Source: Micrococcales bacterium
GTDB taxonomy: Bacteria; Actinomycetota; Actinomycetes; Actinomycetales; Dermatophilaceae
Direction: 5' to 3'
Length of the DNA stretch: 33,109 nucleotides
Assembly (NCBI GenBank): GCA_003132125.1
Contig: PKWT01000031.1
Span: forward strand, 1 to 33,109
A program made the translations under genes and the position numbers. The notes under the pieces are model-generated. The model was not told the origin of the DNA. It was given only the letters and a program-made list of their open reading frames with translations, and did no database searches. Below, piece after piece: positions 22,433 through 31,179 of the stretch. Within the stretch, counting starts at the first letter, position 1; each line of letters opens with the position of its first letter.

Positions 22433-22438
22433 TACGGT
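22433..22438 (+). promoter_or_regulatory. Candidate -10 (TACGGT) 6 nt upstream of ATG 22445; leaderless geometry
   Basis: gcggTACGGTtcgtggATG, read directly from the sequence. The -35 region is weak. Confidence 0.25.
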
Positions 22439-22444
22439 TCGTGG

Positions 22445-22666
22445 ATGGCTGCACACGAAGCGCGGGATGCGACGGCCACTCGCTGCCCGTCGTGCGACCA
22501 CGACAACAGCGCCCTGGTGGTTTGGCGTCCGCTCCGGTGGCGGCTCAAGGGGATCCCGGCGACGCTGGCGTGCGATGCCATCAACGACGAAGACCGCTAC
22601 CAATGCGGGTGCAGAGACCGGTGGCATCTGACGGCGGGGGTCATCAGGCGATCTGCTCGACGATGA
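22445..22666 (+). CDS. Reverse-oriented small Cys-rich protein (73 aa), zinc-ribbon-like
   Basis: MAAHEARDATATRCPSCDHDNSALVVW...YQCGCRDRWHL. It shares third-codon positions with the antisense ORF, so GC3 cannot decide between them. By hand count over 67 codons, G at codon position 1 is about 40% versus 27%, and the GC1>GC2 pattern holds only for the plus frame. Confidence 0.42.
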   Translation: MAAHEARDATATRCPSCDHDNSALVVWRPLRWRLKGIPATLACDAINDEDRYQCGCRDRWHLTAGVIRRSARR

Positions 22667-23306
22667 TCTCGATTGGCTCGACAGCCGTAGCGGGCACGGA
22701 CTCCGTGCCCGTGCCCGCAACCCTCGCGGCCGTGTACGTGTAGGTGTGAGTGCCAGCCGCGGGGACGTGGGTGATGGTGAGTGTCGCCGTGTCGATCGTG
22801 CCGTTCGAGATGGCAGTCACCAGGCCGGAGCGTATGGCCGTTCCGTCAGCCTTGATCTTCAGCACCACAATGTCGCCGCCGATGGCACTGATGGTGCCGC
22901 TGGTCGCGACGATCCTGAACCGCTTGACCCCATTACCCGTGACCGTGGGGGACGTCACCAGGGTCACATCGGCGGTCGTGATGGAGCCAACCGCCGATGT
23001 CGTCTGTGCGACCAGCGCAGCAGCGAGGACACTCACGGCGACCCACGTAGACCCGTCGGTCGTGATCTCCTCCTGCGCACCCACCGGAGCATCAGCACGC
23101 CAAACCCGAACCGGGGCCGACGACGACGGAACCACCGCGGGCGTCAGAGCCGCGAGCGCGGTGATGTAGGCGGCGCGGGCGGTGACGTTCGCGACCGGGA
23201 ACGCGGTGCGGGGGCCGACGGACTGCTGGGCGGCCTTGACGATCTGGATGATCGACATGGCGGTGGTGCCGTCGGGGTACCAGAGCCCGGAGGCGGTGGA
23301 GGCCAT
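22644..23306 (-). CDS. Minor tail protein / receptor-binding fiber-like protein (220 aa)
   Basis: The N-terminus MASTASGLWYPDGTT resembles conserved N-termini of actinophage minor tail proteins. The body is Thr/Ala/Val-rich and beta-like. It is the last tail gene. GAGAGGA SD. Confidence 0.75.
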   Translation of the reverse strand: MASTASGLWYPDGTTAMSIIQIVKAAQQSVGPRTAFPVANVTARAAYITALAALTPAVVPSSSAPVRVWRADAPVGAQEEITTDGSTWVAVSVLAAALVAQTTSAVGSITTADVTLVTSPTVTGNGVKRFRIVATSGTISAIGGDIVVLKIKADGTAIRSGLVTAISNGTIDTATLTITHVPAAGTHTYTYTAARVAGTGTESVPATAVEPIEIIVEQIA

Positions 23307-23316
23307 CAGAGTCCTC

Positions 23317-25677
23317 TCATGGGGAGACTCGCAGGGGCAGGGCGTCGGCTTGGGCTGCGGTGACGCCGCCGGGGCGCGACGCGGCCCACTGGGAGTCGTG
23401 GTACGCGGCGGTGGAGGCGGCCCAGCGGGCGTCGTAGGTGGCCACGGTGACGGCGGCCGGGGGGATGAGGCGCAGGCCGAGCTTGCACGTCATCCGACGT
23501 TCCTCGGTCAGGGCGAGGGTCGGGTCGATGCGGGTGATGCGGGCTTGCTGGGTGGGCATCCGCCCGGCGGTGTCGGTGACGGTGACGAGGTCGCCGAGCT
23601 GCCAGCGCGGATCCCATTGGGTCTCGACGTCCTCGAGGAGCAGACGCGGGTGTGAGAGGGCGTCGAGCAGCGAAGCCACCAGGGTCGCCGTGCCGACCGG
23701 GTCCTGACGCCACTGGGACTCGGTCAGCTCCCACGTGCGCGGGGTGTACAGGTACGCGGTGCCGTCGTTCGTCGCGGAGACGGGCACGGTCGGGATCTCC
23801 GCGTCGATGGGGGTCGCCCACCCGGACAGGATCAGGGACGGCGCACCGCCCTGCAGCGCCCACGGGAGCGCCCCTGCCCACCCGGTGGGGATCACCGTGT
23901 ACACGTTCACTCCGGTCAGGTTCACGACGGTGAGCAGGAGCGTGGTGGCCGAAAGCTGGAGGATCGAGACGGTCGGGATCGACGGAGAGGACATGGTGAT
24001 CTGCCCGGACGACCCGTCAGCGACCGTGCACAGGGTGATCATGTGATAGCCGACGAACGAGGCCGGCATGCCACCACCGGTCCACAGGTAGACGGCGTGA
24101 CTCTCGATAATCACGGGGCGGGGGGCGGTGATGATCTGCGACGTCGTGCCGGGAGGAAACGCGAGGACCTGGCCCAGCACGCACGGCGCCTGCCACACAC
24201 CCGACCGGTCCAGGCCGGCAGCCCGGTACGTCATCGGGCGGACCTTCGCGGTGACCGTGGACACGACCGCGGCGAGCGCGGTGCCGCCGACAAGGTTCTT
24301 GGCGATGTCCGTGCCGATCGTGGCGACCGGGGTCGTGGTCGCGTTCAGTGTCGCCGCGGACCGGAAGAAGGGCCGGCCCGCCTCGTTGAACCCGACCGCG
24401 CCGCCCTCAGCGGCGGCCACCTCCTTCAGGACATCCCAGGAGACGCGGCCCGCGACAATGGGCACATAGTCCATGTTCAGGACGGACTGGTCGACGTCGG
24501 CCTGGGCGGCGAACGTGGCCCCGCCGATCGCCGAGTCGAATGCCACACCGGGCGCGAACCCGTGAATCTGCAGGGCCTGGCTCGCGAAGTTGGCGGCCAC
24601 CTGTATCCACAGAGGCGTCCCGCCGCCTATCAGCACAGGAAAGACGGCCGTACCGGAGCTGACAGCGGCACCGTCTACCCACATCGCGTAGTTGCCCTCG
24701 TAGCGCAACTGAAAGGCGACGTGATGCCACCCCGCGGTCACGGTTCTCGTGCCGAGGTTGGTGCTGACGTCGAACCCGGTGTCCCAGTTGTCCGAGGTCA
24801 GGGTGAGCGTCGTCCCTGACAGGGTCAGATAGAAGGTCGGGTCACCGCCCGCACCATTGATCCTGAAGATCTCATGGGCACCGCTCGAGGGCGGAACACA
24901 GTTCCACCAGCCCTCCACAGAGACCCCGACACCGGGATTCCAGACGAGCGTCCCGATCTCGGCCCAGTAAGCGAGAAGCCCATCGTTGACCGAGAGGGCA
25001 GGTCCGAACGGTCCCGGGATCCACGAGGGCTCAACCCGCACAAAGGAAGACGGCACAGAGTACGGCGGCATCGTCCGCCCAACCTCCGCGAGCAACCCGC
25101 CCACCCCAGGCACGGACAGCAGGCACCCGGCGCGTGGGGCCGGGGTCATGCGGATCCCGTTCGCGTGCAGCGCCGCGGTGACAACAGCAGACAGGTTCGT
25201 CGGACGCGCCGGGACAAGACCCGGCTGCGCGGACAGCCCAGCCGACCCGAACTGCGGCAGCGTCAGCGGCGCCCGCAGCAGGTCCGCACCATCAAGACAG
25301 GACACCTTGATCTGCCGCGACAGCTCATCGATGCTCATCTCGCGGACCGTGCCAGTGAACACCGGCACCGTGAGCCCCGCGAAGCCCGCCTGGACACGCA
25401 CCGGGGCACTGGTCCAGTCGATGCGGTCCGCGTCCGCGAGAGGGTTCGGGGCGCCCGTCATGAACCCGTCCACGTCCAGGGTGGCCTTCGCCGCGATCGA
25501 CCCCGATACCTCGGACGCCAGGTCCGGGAGGTCGCCGGCCAGCTCACGGGTGATCGCGATCTTCGACGTCATCGGAGCCAGGTCGCGGGTCGTACCCCAC
25601 ACGTCCGCCTGAACCGTGATCGTGGGCGACGTGCCGGCCGCGAGCGCGGCAGCGAACCCCGTGGGACCGGTCTGCAT
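23317..25677 (-). CDS. Large minor tail protein (786 aa), distal-tail/tip protein with a LamG/concanavalin-like central region
   Basis: Immediately follows the tape measure gene (TGATG overlap). The segment GWHHVAFQLRYEGNYAMWVDGAAV is typical of LamG-type lectin folds. Confidence 0.8.
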   Translation of the reverse strand: MQTGPTGFAAALAAGTSPTITVQADVWGTTRDLAPMTSKIAITRELAGDLPDLASEVSGSIAAKATLDVDGFMTGAPNPLADADRIDWTSAPVRVQAGFAGLTVPVFTGTVREMSIDELSRQIKVSCLDGADLLRAPLTLPQFGSAGLSAQPGLVPARPTNLSAVVTAALHANGIRMTPAPRAGCLLSVPGVGGLLAEVGRTMPPYSVPSSFVRVEPSWIPGPFGPALSVNDGLLAYWAEIGTLVWNPGVGVSVEGWWNCVPPSSGAHEIFRINGAGGDPTFYLTLSGTTLTLTSDNWDTGFDVSTNLGTRTVTAGWHHVAFQLRYEGNYAMWVDGAAVSSGTAVFPVLIGGGTPLWIQVAANFASQALQIHGFAPGVAFDSAIGGATFAAQADVDQSVLNMDYVPIVAGRVSWDVLKEVAAAEGGAVGFNEAGRPFFRSAATLNATTTPVATIGTDIAKNLVGGTALAAVVSTVTAKVRPMTYRAAGLDRSGVWQAPCVLGQVLAFPPGTTSQIITAPRPVIIESHAVYLWTGGGMPASFVGYHMITLCTVADGSSGQITMSSPSIPTVSILQLSATTLLLTVVNLTGVNVYTVIPTGWAGALPWALQGGAPSLILSGWATPIDAEIPTVPVSATNDGTAYLYTPRTWELTESQWRQDPVGTATLVASLLDALSHPRLLLEDVETQWDPRWQLGDLVTVTDTAGRMPTQQARITRIDPTLALTEERRMTCKLGLRLIPPAAVTVATYDARWAASTAAYHDSQWAASRPGGVTAAQADALPLRVSP

Positions 25678-27227
25678 CAGCGGACCGCCTCAGAGGCCTC
25701 GTAGCGCTTGACGGTGCGGTACAGCTCGCGCCCGTCGAGGTTGACGACGGTGGTGATCTCTTGGACGGACCCCGCGCTCGAGCGGCCGTTCAGGCTGCCG
25801 GCGACCATGTCCGCGAACTCGGAGGCCTTGTTGAACGGGAGCACCGCTTCGGTGCCGCCCTCACCGATCATCGCGATGGTCGCCTTGGTGGCCACACCAC
25901 CCTCGGCGAGGTAGGGGAGCTGCGGGACGCGCATCGTGAACCCGCCGATCACACCGATCCCCGGGATGTGCGTGTCGATCGACGGCAGGGACAGGTGGAT
26001 GCCGTTCCACCCGCCGATGATCCAGTTGATGACACCCCGGAAGCTGTTCTTGATGCCGTCCCACATGCCCGACGCCGCGGAACCGATCCGCCCAGGGATG
26101 CCGCCGATGAACCCCACCAGGTAGTTCCACCCGCCGACGATCCAGTCCTTCGCCACGAGCGCACCATTGGAGATCGCCGACCAGGCGTAGGTCCACGCGG
26201 TCTGGAACCAGGTCGTCTTTGTCGCCACCCACACGATGCCGGCGACCAGGGCCGCGATACCGATGATGATGATGCCGATCGGGTTCGCGGTAGCGGCAGC
26301 GTTCCACGCCCACTGGGCCGCGGTGCCGATGGTCTTCGCCGTCGTGTAGATGCCCTCCCAGTGGGCCGCGATCGCGACCGCACCAGCGATCACACCGATC
26401 GTGGTCGCGAGCGCGATCGCGGCCGGCTGGTTTGCGTTCATCCAGTCGAGGATCTGCAGGCCTGCGTTGGCGAACCCGCCCACGGCGGGCATGGCCTTTT
26501 GAACGATCGACTGGGAGAGGTCCTCGAAGGACCGCTGCCCGCGCTGCATCTGCCCGGGGACCGAATCGCCCGCGGCCTTCGCCGCACCACCGAACTCGGT
26601 GGTGAGCTCACCGAGGATCAGCTTCTGCGCGCCCGCGACGTCGCCGGTGGCGACCATCGCCTTGATCGTTTCCTTCTGCGACGCGGTGAACTGGACGCCC
26701 ATCTTCCCGAGCGCGGTGATCCCGTTGACCGGGTCGTTCAACGCCTTGCCGAGCTTGACGGCCATATCGGAGGCGTCGCCGCCCATCTTCGCGGCCATGT
26801 CCGCGGTGGCCTTCGTGGCCTGATCGAAGATCTTGTCCGGGCCGTTGTTCTTGATGTTCGTGAACGTGAGCAGCAGCTGCTCGGACTTCACGATCGAATC
26901 GTCCGTCTGGCCCGAGTAGCCCTGGACCGAGGTGGCCAACGCCTCCAAGCCTTCGACGGACACGCCTGCCGCGTTGCCCGTGGACTTGATCCCGGCCTCG
27001 AGCTGCGCCTGCCCTGTGGCCGCGTCCATGGCCTCCTGGGTGCCGGTGTGAACGATCGCCGCCATCGCGGCCACACCGCCGGCGAGAACGCCCGTGGCCA
27101 CGCCACCAGAGACCTTCAGGGCGTCCCACTTCTTGCCCTGACCGTCGATCGAGGACCCGATGTTGTCGAGGATCTTCGAGGCCTTGTCGTTCGCGATGAT
27201 GTCGAAGATCAGGTTCGCACCGGCCAC
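25677..27227 (-). CDS. Tape measure protein (516 aa)
   Basis: Gly/Ala-rich with central TM-like stretches (IGIIIIGIAALVAGIVWV). Conserved TMP-like N-terminus (GQTDDSIVKSEQLLLTFTNI). Positioned after the chaperones. GTG start. Confidence 0.92.
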   Translation of the reverse strand: MAGANLIFDIIANDKASKILDNIGSSIDGQGKKWDALKVSGGVATGVLAGGVAAMAAIVHTGTQEAMDAATGQAQLEAGIKSTGNAAGVSVEGLEALATSVQGYSGQTDDSIVKSEQLLLTFTNIKNNGPDKIFDQATKATADMAAKMGGDASDMAVKLGKALNDPVNGITALGKMGVQFTASQKETIKAMVATGDVAGAQKLILGELTTEFGGAAKAAGDSVPGQMQRGQRSFEDLSQSIVQKAMPAVGGFANAGLQILDWMNANQPAAIALATTIGVIAGAVAIAAHWEGIYTTAKTIGTAAQWAWNAAATANPIGIIIIGIAALVAGIVWVATKTTWFQTAWTYAWSAISNGALVAKDWIVGGWNYLVGFIGGIPGRIGSAASGMWDGIKNSFRGVINWIIGGWNGIHLSLPSIDTHIPGIGVIGGFTMRVPQLPYLAEGGVATKATIAMIGEGGTEAVLPFNKASEFADMVAGSLNGRSSAGSVQEITTVVNLDGRELYRTVKRYEASEAVR

Positions 27228-27230
27228 GAT

Positions 27231-27808
27231 TCACCTCCCCGACGTCGCACGCTCGATCTCCTGCTGCTTGGCCATCCACGCATCAGCACCGGCGGCGAAG
27301 ATCAGCCACTCGGCGAACGGCAACGCCCAGATCTGCGCCGGCGTCAACCCCGGCCAGAGATGACAGACGATCAGGAGACGGCTGTGGACCTCGACCTCGA
27401 GCCGCTCCCCTTGCCCCTGGGCACCTTCACCTGTTCGGGCTCGAGTGGGCCTGCGCCCGGAACGGAAACCGTCCGGGCTGACGTAGGGTCCGGTGCGGTG
27501 TCCTCGGCGGCGTCATCGTCCGACCGGTCGGACGGCTCGACGACAACCTCGTAGTCCTGACCCGTGAACGCACCGACCTCGTCCCACGTCACCCAGAACC
27601 CCGCGTTGCGGAGCGTCATGAACAACGTGAGATGCGTGGTCAGGCCCGCACTGACCTTCGTGCGCTCGACCAGGACGTCAAGCTTGAGGCCCGTGGCGAA
27701 CTCGGCGGCCGCGAGCGCGTCGGTGCGGGCCCGTTGGGTGTCGTGGATGGCGACGAGCTCGACACCGGCGAACTTCGCGCCGTCCGGGCCGGTGAACTTG
27801 ATGCGCAC
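27231..27808 (-). CDS. Putative -1 frameshifted G-T-like chaperone fusion
   Basis: The -1 frame is open from about 27515 to TGA 27231..27233, 3 nt before the tape measure start. It encodes ...LTPAQIWALPFAEWLIFAAGADAWMAKQQEIERATSGR. No canonical XXXYYYZ heptamer was found; the G-runs at 27405..27421 are the best slip candidates. Confidence 0.4.
27371..27808 (-). CDS. Tail assembly chaperone (G-like, 145 aa)
   Basis: Positioned directly upstream of the tape measure gene. Acidic C-terminal half. GTG start with AGGAGA SD. Confidence 0.72.
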   Translation of the reverse strand: MRIKFTGPDGAKFAGVELVAIHDTQRARTDALAAAEFATGLKLDVLVERTKVSAGLTTHLTLFMTLRNAGFWVTWDEVGAFTGQDYEVVVEPSDRSDDDAAEDTAPDPTSARTVSVPGAGPLEPEQVKVPRGKGSGSRSRSTAVS

Positions 27809-27817
27809 AGGGGTCTC

Positions 27818-28411
27818 CTACTCGAGGGTCGTGGTCTGGTGTGCGGTGATCGCATCCAGGGCGATCTGGATCGCGTCCTCCATGGAGGCGCGGAGGTTCT
27901 TCGCCTCGGAGTACACGCCGCGGTTGAAGTACTGGGAGCCGGGCTGCTCGACCCATGTGTCCGGGTCCTTGAACACGGGGTGGCGCCAGGACCGGGTGTT
28001 CATGGCCTTGCGCAGCGCGCCGCCCGTGGTCGTCAGCCGGACCGAGGTGCGGGCCTTGCCGGTGGTGACCTTGAGCTTGAGGCCCCGCTTGATCTCCGCG
28101 CGGGCACCGGTCGATCGGGACCGGGTCGCCGCACGGGTGTTGATCTTGTCGACGACCAGGTGCACGCGGCCGCGACGGTCCGTGCCGAGCCGGTGCGTCT
28201 TGCCGGTGACAACACCACCGGTGTCCTCGTCGAGGATCGTGCTCATTGCCGCGATCGCCGCATCACCAGACGCGCGGAGCCGCTTGCGGACCTCGGTGGC
28301 GAGCTTCGGGTCGAACTCCTTCAGATCAGCGAGGACCTGGCGCAGGTTCGACTTGATGTCGAACCCGGCCTCGGCTTGCTCACCGGTCCCGCCCGAGCGG
28401 TGCGTCGCCAC
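27818..28411 (-). CDS. HK97 gp10-like neck/tail-completion protein (197 aa, putative)
   Basis: N-terminus FDIKSNLRQVLADLKEFDPKLATEVRKRLRASGDAAIAAM and C-terminus WRHPVFKDPDTWVEQPGSQYFNRG resemble the gp10 family pattern (recognition only). Confidence 0.5.
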   Translation of the reverse strand: MATHRSGGTGEQAEAGFDIKSNLRQVLADLKEFDPKLATEVRKRLRASGDAAIAAMSTILDEDTGGVVTGKTHRLGTDRRGRVHLVVDKINTRAATRSRSTGARAEIKRGLKLKVTTGKARTSVRLTTTGGALRKAMNTRSWRHPVFKDPDTWVEQPGSQYFNRGVYSEAKNLRASMEDAIQIALDAITAHQTTTLE

Positions 28412-28414
28412 GGG

Positions 28415-29443
28415 TCAGACGACGGTGTCGGTCGTGACATGCACGACCGTGAACGGCGGGTTCACGAGGTTGCTCAGGCCGTCGAAGTCGATGGACTGGG
28501 TGATGACCTGACCGCCGTTGGATGCCGGGATGTTGCCGTTCAGGTTGATCAGCGGCACCCAGATCTGCAAGACCGGGTGAGCGGATGTCCCGATGATCGC
28601 CGGGTGGGTGAACGTGAGCAGCAGCGCCAGGTCTGTCTGGGCGAGGTACGCGTCGCGGAGCTCGACCGTGTCGTACTCCGCGGTGATCTTCCCGGTCAGC
28701 TTCGCCGGACCCACGGCCGGCTTGCGGGTCCGCTTGCCCGCGCCGCCCAGGTTCCACCCCTTGGCGTCCAGGCCCTGGTCCCACTTCAGGGAGAAGCTCG
28801 TGATGTCCGCGACCGAGGTGCCACCCGTGGCGATCGCCGTGGTCGTCGGACCCACCACGGTGCCACCGATGCAGATCACCCCGTGGACGAACGTGAAGAC
28901 GTCCAGAGGCGTCGGGTACGACGGGGCCGCGTAGGCGGGTGCGGTCTGGACCTCGCGGGCCGTCCAGTCCGTGGTGACCTCGACGATCTCGCCCTGCTTC
29001 GCGGAGATCTCCATCGACTTGCACGCCGAACCGAGGAACGTGATCGGCGTCGTCGCCCCACCACCGAGCGGCGGGATGCCCTTCTGGATCGTGTAGCTGT
29101 TGATCGGATCCGTCAGGGCCGGGGTGTGCACCTGCTGGTAGACAGGCGGCGTCTGGCCCGCTACCACGGTCGACGTGACCGCACCCATCGCCGCGTTGAG
29201 GAAGATCCCCAGGCCCTTGATCGGAGCCTCCAGAGTGATCGACCCTTCAGCGAGCTCCTCACCCAGGGAGCGCCGGTCAGCGCGGTCCACGCGAGACGCG
29301 ACACGCAGACCCTTGCCCTGCAGGAACGTCGGCTTACGGTCCAGGGACTCCGTCAAGAACTCGGGGAACTGGTCGACGACTACGGCCGTGCCGTAGGTCG
29401 CCTCGACCTTGATGCCGATGCTGCAATCCGCTTGCGTGGTCAT
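28415..29443 (-). CDS. Major tail (tube) protein (342 aa)
   Basis: IGIKVEATYGTAVVVDQFPEFLTESL... is a typical tail tube N-terminus. Size and position upstream of the chaperones and tape measure fit. Confidence 0.72.
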   Translation of the reverse strand: MTTQADCSIGIKVEATYGTAVVVDQFPEFLTESLDRKPTFLQGKGLRVASRVDRADRRSLGEELAEGSITLEAPIKGLGIFLNAAMGAVTSTVVAGQTPPVYQQVHTPALTDPINSYTIQKGIPPLGGGATTPITFLGSACKSMEISAKQGEIVEVTTDWTAREVQTAPAYAAPSYPTPLDVFTFVHGVICIGGTVVGPTTTAIATGGTSVADITSFSLKWDQGLDAKGWNLGGAGKRTRKPAVGPAKLTGKITAEYDTVELRDAYLAQTDLALLLTFTHPAIIGTSAHPVLQIWVPLINLNGNIPASNGGQVITQSIDFDGLSNLVNPPFTVVHVTTDTVV

Positions 29444-29688
29444 GCGGGTTCTCCCTCGGTATTGCCTCGCGCGATCGTGACGGTGGCGCCGGAGACGATC
29501 AGGATGCTGACGCCCTCAGGCAGAAGCGACGCGGCCGTGGCCTTGATCACAGCCGCTGTCTGCTGGCTGATCTGGGCGGCTGGGTAGTTGAGGATCACGC
29601 TGTCGCCCGGGCGCACGATGTACGCCGCTTCGCCGGCAACGAGCATGGCCGGAAGGGTGACCGCGGGGTCGGTGATCTCGACGCTCAT
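29440..29688 (-). CDS. Hypothetical head-tail region protein (82 aa)
   Basis: ORF-track protein with ATGA overlaps at both ends. Confidence 0.6.
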   Translation of the reverse strand: MSVEITDPAVTLPAMLVAGEAAYIVRPGDSVILNYPAAQISQQTAAVIKATAASLLPEGVSILIVSGATVTIARGNTEGEPA

Positions 29689-29918
29689 GCGGGATTGTCC
29701 GCGGCGTCAGGAGCGACGACTGGCTCGGGTTCAGCAGTGGCGGCCGCCTGGATTGGGACAATCCCGCCATCGGCGGCGGGCTGCCAGTTGTCGACCTGCT
29801 CGAGCAGGATCTCGGCGTGGGCCGGGTCGACGTCGACCACCTCGCCGGCGGCGACGATCCGGCCCAGCAATGGCACGTCCAGGTCCCCGCGGGGAGAGAC
29901 GTTGCGGATAGCGGTCAT
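29685..29918 (-). CDS. Hypothetical head-tail region protein (77 aa)
   Basis: Trimmed to ATG 29918, which has AGGAGCC 5-8 nt upstream. ATG 29936 (ATGA overlap) is an alternative. Confidence 0.58.
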   Translation of the reverse strand: MTAIRNVSPRGDLDVPLLGRIVAAGEVVDVDPAHAEILLEQVDNWQPAADGGIVPIQAAATAEPEPVVAPDAADNPA

Positions 29919-29932
29919 GTGAGGCTCCTGAC

Positions 29933-30406
29933 TCATGGCCCGGTGACCCGGACCTGCGCGGTGAACTCGGCTTCGATCTCGATCAGGCGCCCGTAGTTCA
30001 GGAACTTCGGGTCCGTCTCCCCGGTGGCCGTGTGGGACGTCAGGAAGCACTGCCGGACGACGCCACCCAGGGTCGTGTCCGTCTGGCGCACGTAGTGCTC
30101 CAGGAGGCCCAGCAGGGCGTAGGCGGCGTCGGAGGCCACACGCTCCTGGTCCTGATCACCTGGGCGCTCGCACGAGACCCACACCTTCTGCGTGAGGGTC
30201 TCCTCGCGGGACCGGTTCGTGCCCATCGTCGCTACCGATTGCTGCGAGACCGTGTCCGCGAAGGACACGATGTCCCGCCAGTTCGCGACGTCAACACCCG
30301 GGTGACCGAACGTCACCAGGACCTCTTGACCTGCGACGAGCGCGGTCATCGCATCGACCATGGCCGCCTTGAACTGCTGGGCCGCGGTGACCGAGGACGT
30401 GGCCAT
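29933..30406 (-). CDS. Head-tail joining / tail-terminator-like protein (157 aa)
   Basis: Trimmed to ATG 30406, which forms a TAATG overlap with the upstream stop. The call rests on position and size only. Confidence 0.6.
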   Translation of the reverse strand: MATSSVTAAQQFKAAMVDAMTALVAGQEVLVTFGHPGVDVANWRDIVSFADTVSQQSVATMGTNRSREETLTQKVWVSCERPGDQDQERVASDAAYALLGLLEHYVRQTDTTLGGVVRQCFLTSHTATGETDPKFLNYGRLIEIEAEFTAQVRVTGP

Positions 30407-31173
30407 TAGGCGAACCCGCCGGCGTGCACCGTCAGGTTGCACAGCTCGACGACGCGCTTGGGAACCGCGAACCCGAACGGGGTGGCGACCATGTCCGCGG
30501 GCGCATCCATCCGCCCCGGGGTGCCGGTGCGGCGCCCGGACGACCATAGGTGCTTGATGAGCTCAGCGGCGGCCAGGCGCAAGTTCGCGGGGATCGTCGT
30601 CGATCCCACCGTGTACGTGACTGAGATGTTCCGCGGCGGCCCAGTCGGGAACGAGGAGAACACCAGGCCGGCGTCTGCGTCGACCTGATACAGCGCCGGG
30701 TCCAGCACCACGGCGCCTACCATCACCTGGGACACCTGCACCGGTGCGGCAGGCAGCACCACCGACGTGCGAGGCCCGTCCGTGAGGTACGTGCGGGCAG
30801 CGGAGATCACCGGACCCGCCAGGTTCTCGATCACGTAGGTCGCCGTCGCGACGTACAGCGCAAGGTCGTTCTGCTGAGACGCCGGCATGGACCCGAGAAT
30901 CCCCAGGGCGTCGGCGATCGAGATGATGTACCGCGGGTCAGCGGGCCACACGTCCAAGATGTCGACGAACGTGACGCCAGCGAGCGTCCACGTCAGCAGA
31001 TGACGACCTGGTTGGGACGTGACGATCGTCGCGGACTGTGTCCCCGCGGAGACCGTCACCGTCGGGGCGGGCGTCAGCGTCGTGGTATCCGGCAGACGGA
31101 CCGCGAGCGACGCCGCGACCGTCCCCCCTGAAGCCCACGAGACGGGCGCTGTGGCCCCGACGATGACCGGCAC
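30406..31173 (-). CDS. Head-tail adaptor (gp6-like) with N-terminal extension (255 aa)
   Basis: The central DALGIL...QQNDLALYVATATYVIENLAGPV resembles head-tail connector family motifs. It lies downstream of the capsid gene. Confidence 0.62.
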   Translation of the reverse strand: MPVIVGATAPVSWASGGTVAASLAVRLPDTTTLTPAPTVTVSAGTQSATIVTSQPGRHLLTWTLAGVTFVDILDVWPADPRYIISIADALGILGSMPASQQNDLALYVATATYVIENLAGPVISAARTYLTDGPRTSVVLPAAPVQVSQVMVGAVVLDPALYQVDADAGLVFSSFPTGPPRNISVTYTVGSTTIPANLRLAAAELIKHLWSSGRRTGTPGRMDAPADMVATPFGFAVPKRVVELCNLTVHAGGFA

Positions 31174-31179
31174 GAGGTG

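Noticed and set aside
21994-22584. The full 196-aa version of the lysis-cassette membrane protein (ATG 22584).
   Set aside because: The extra 74 N-terminal codons are Ser/Arg/His-rich. They have the wrong GC1/GC2 pattern and lie exactly antisense to, and in codon phase with, the more protein-like plus-strand ORF 22445..22666. I preferred GTG 22362, but this stays uncertain.
20788-22743. Very long plus-strand ORFs antisense to the minus-strand genes. Examples are 20788..22743 (651 aa), 27632..29587 (651 aa), 13043..14863 (606 aa), 25761..27554 (597 aa), 11089..12702 (537 aa) and 31019..32434 (471 aa).
   Set aside because: Their translations are Arg/Gly/Asp/Pro-rich and low in complexity, with no recognisable motifs. 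They mirror well-supported phage genes on the other strand. Such shadow ORFs are expected in high-GC DNA, where stop codons are rare.
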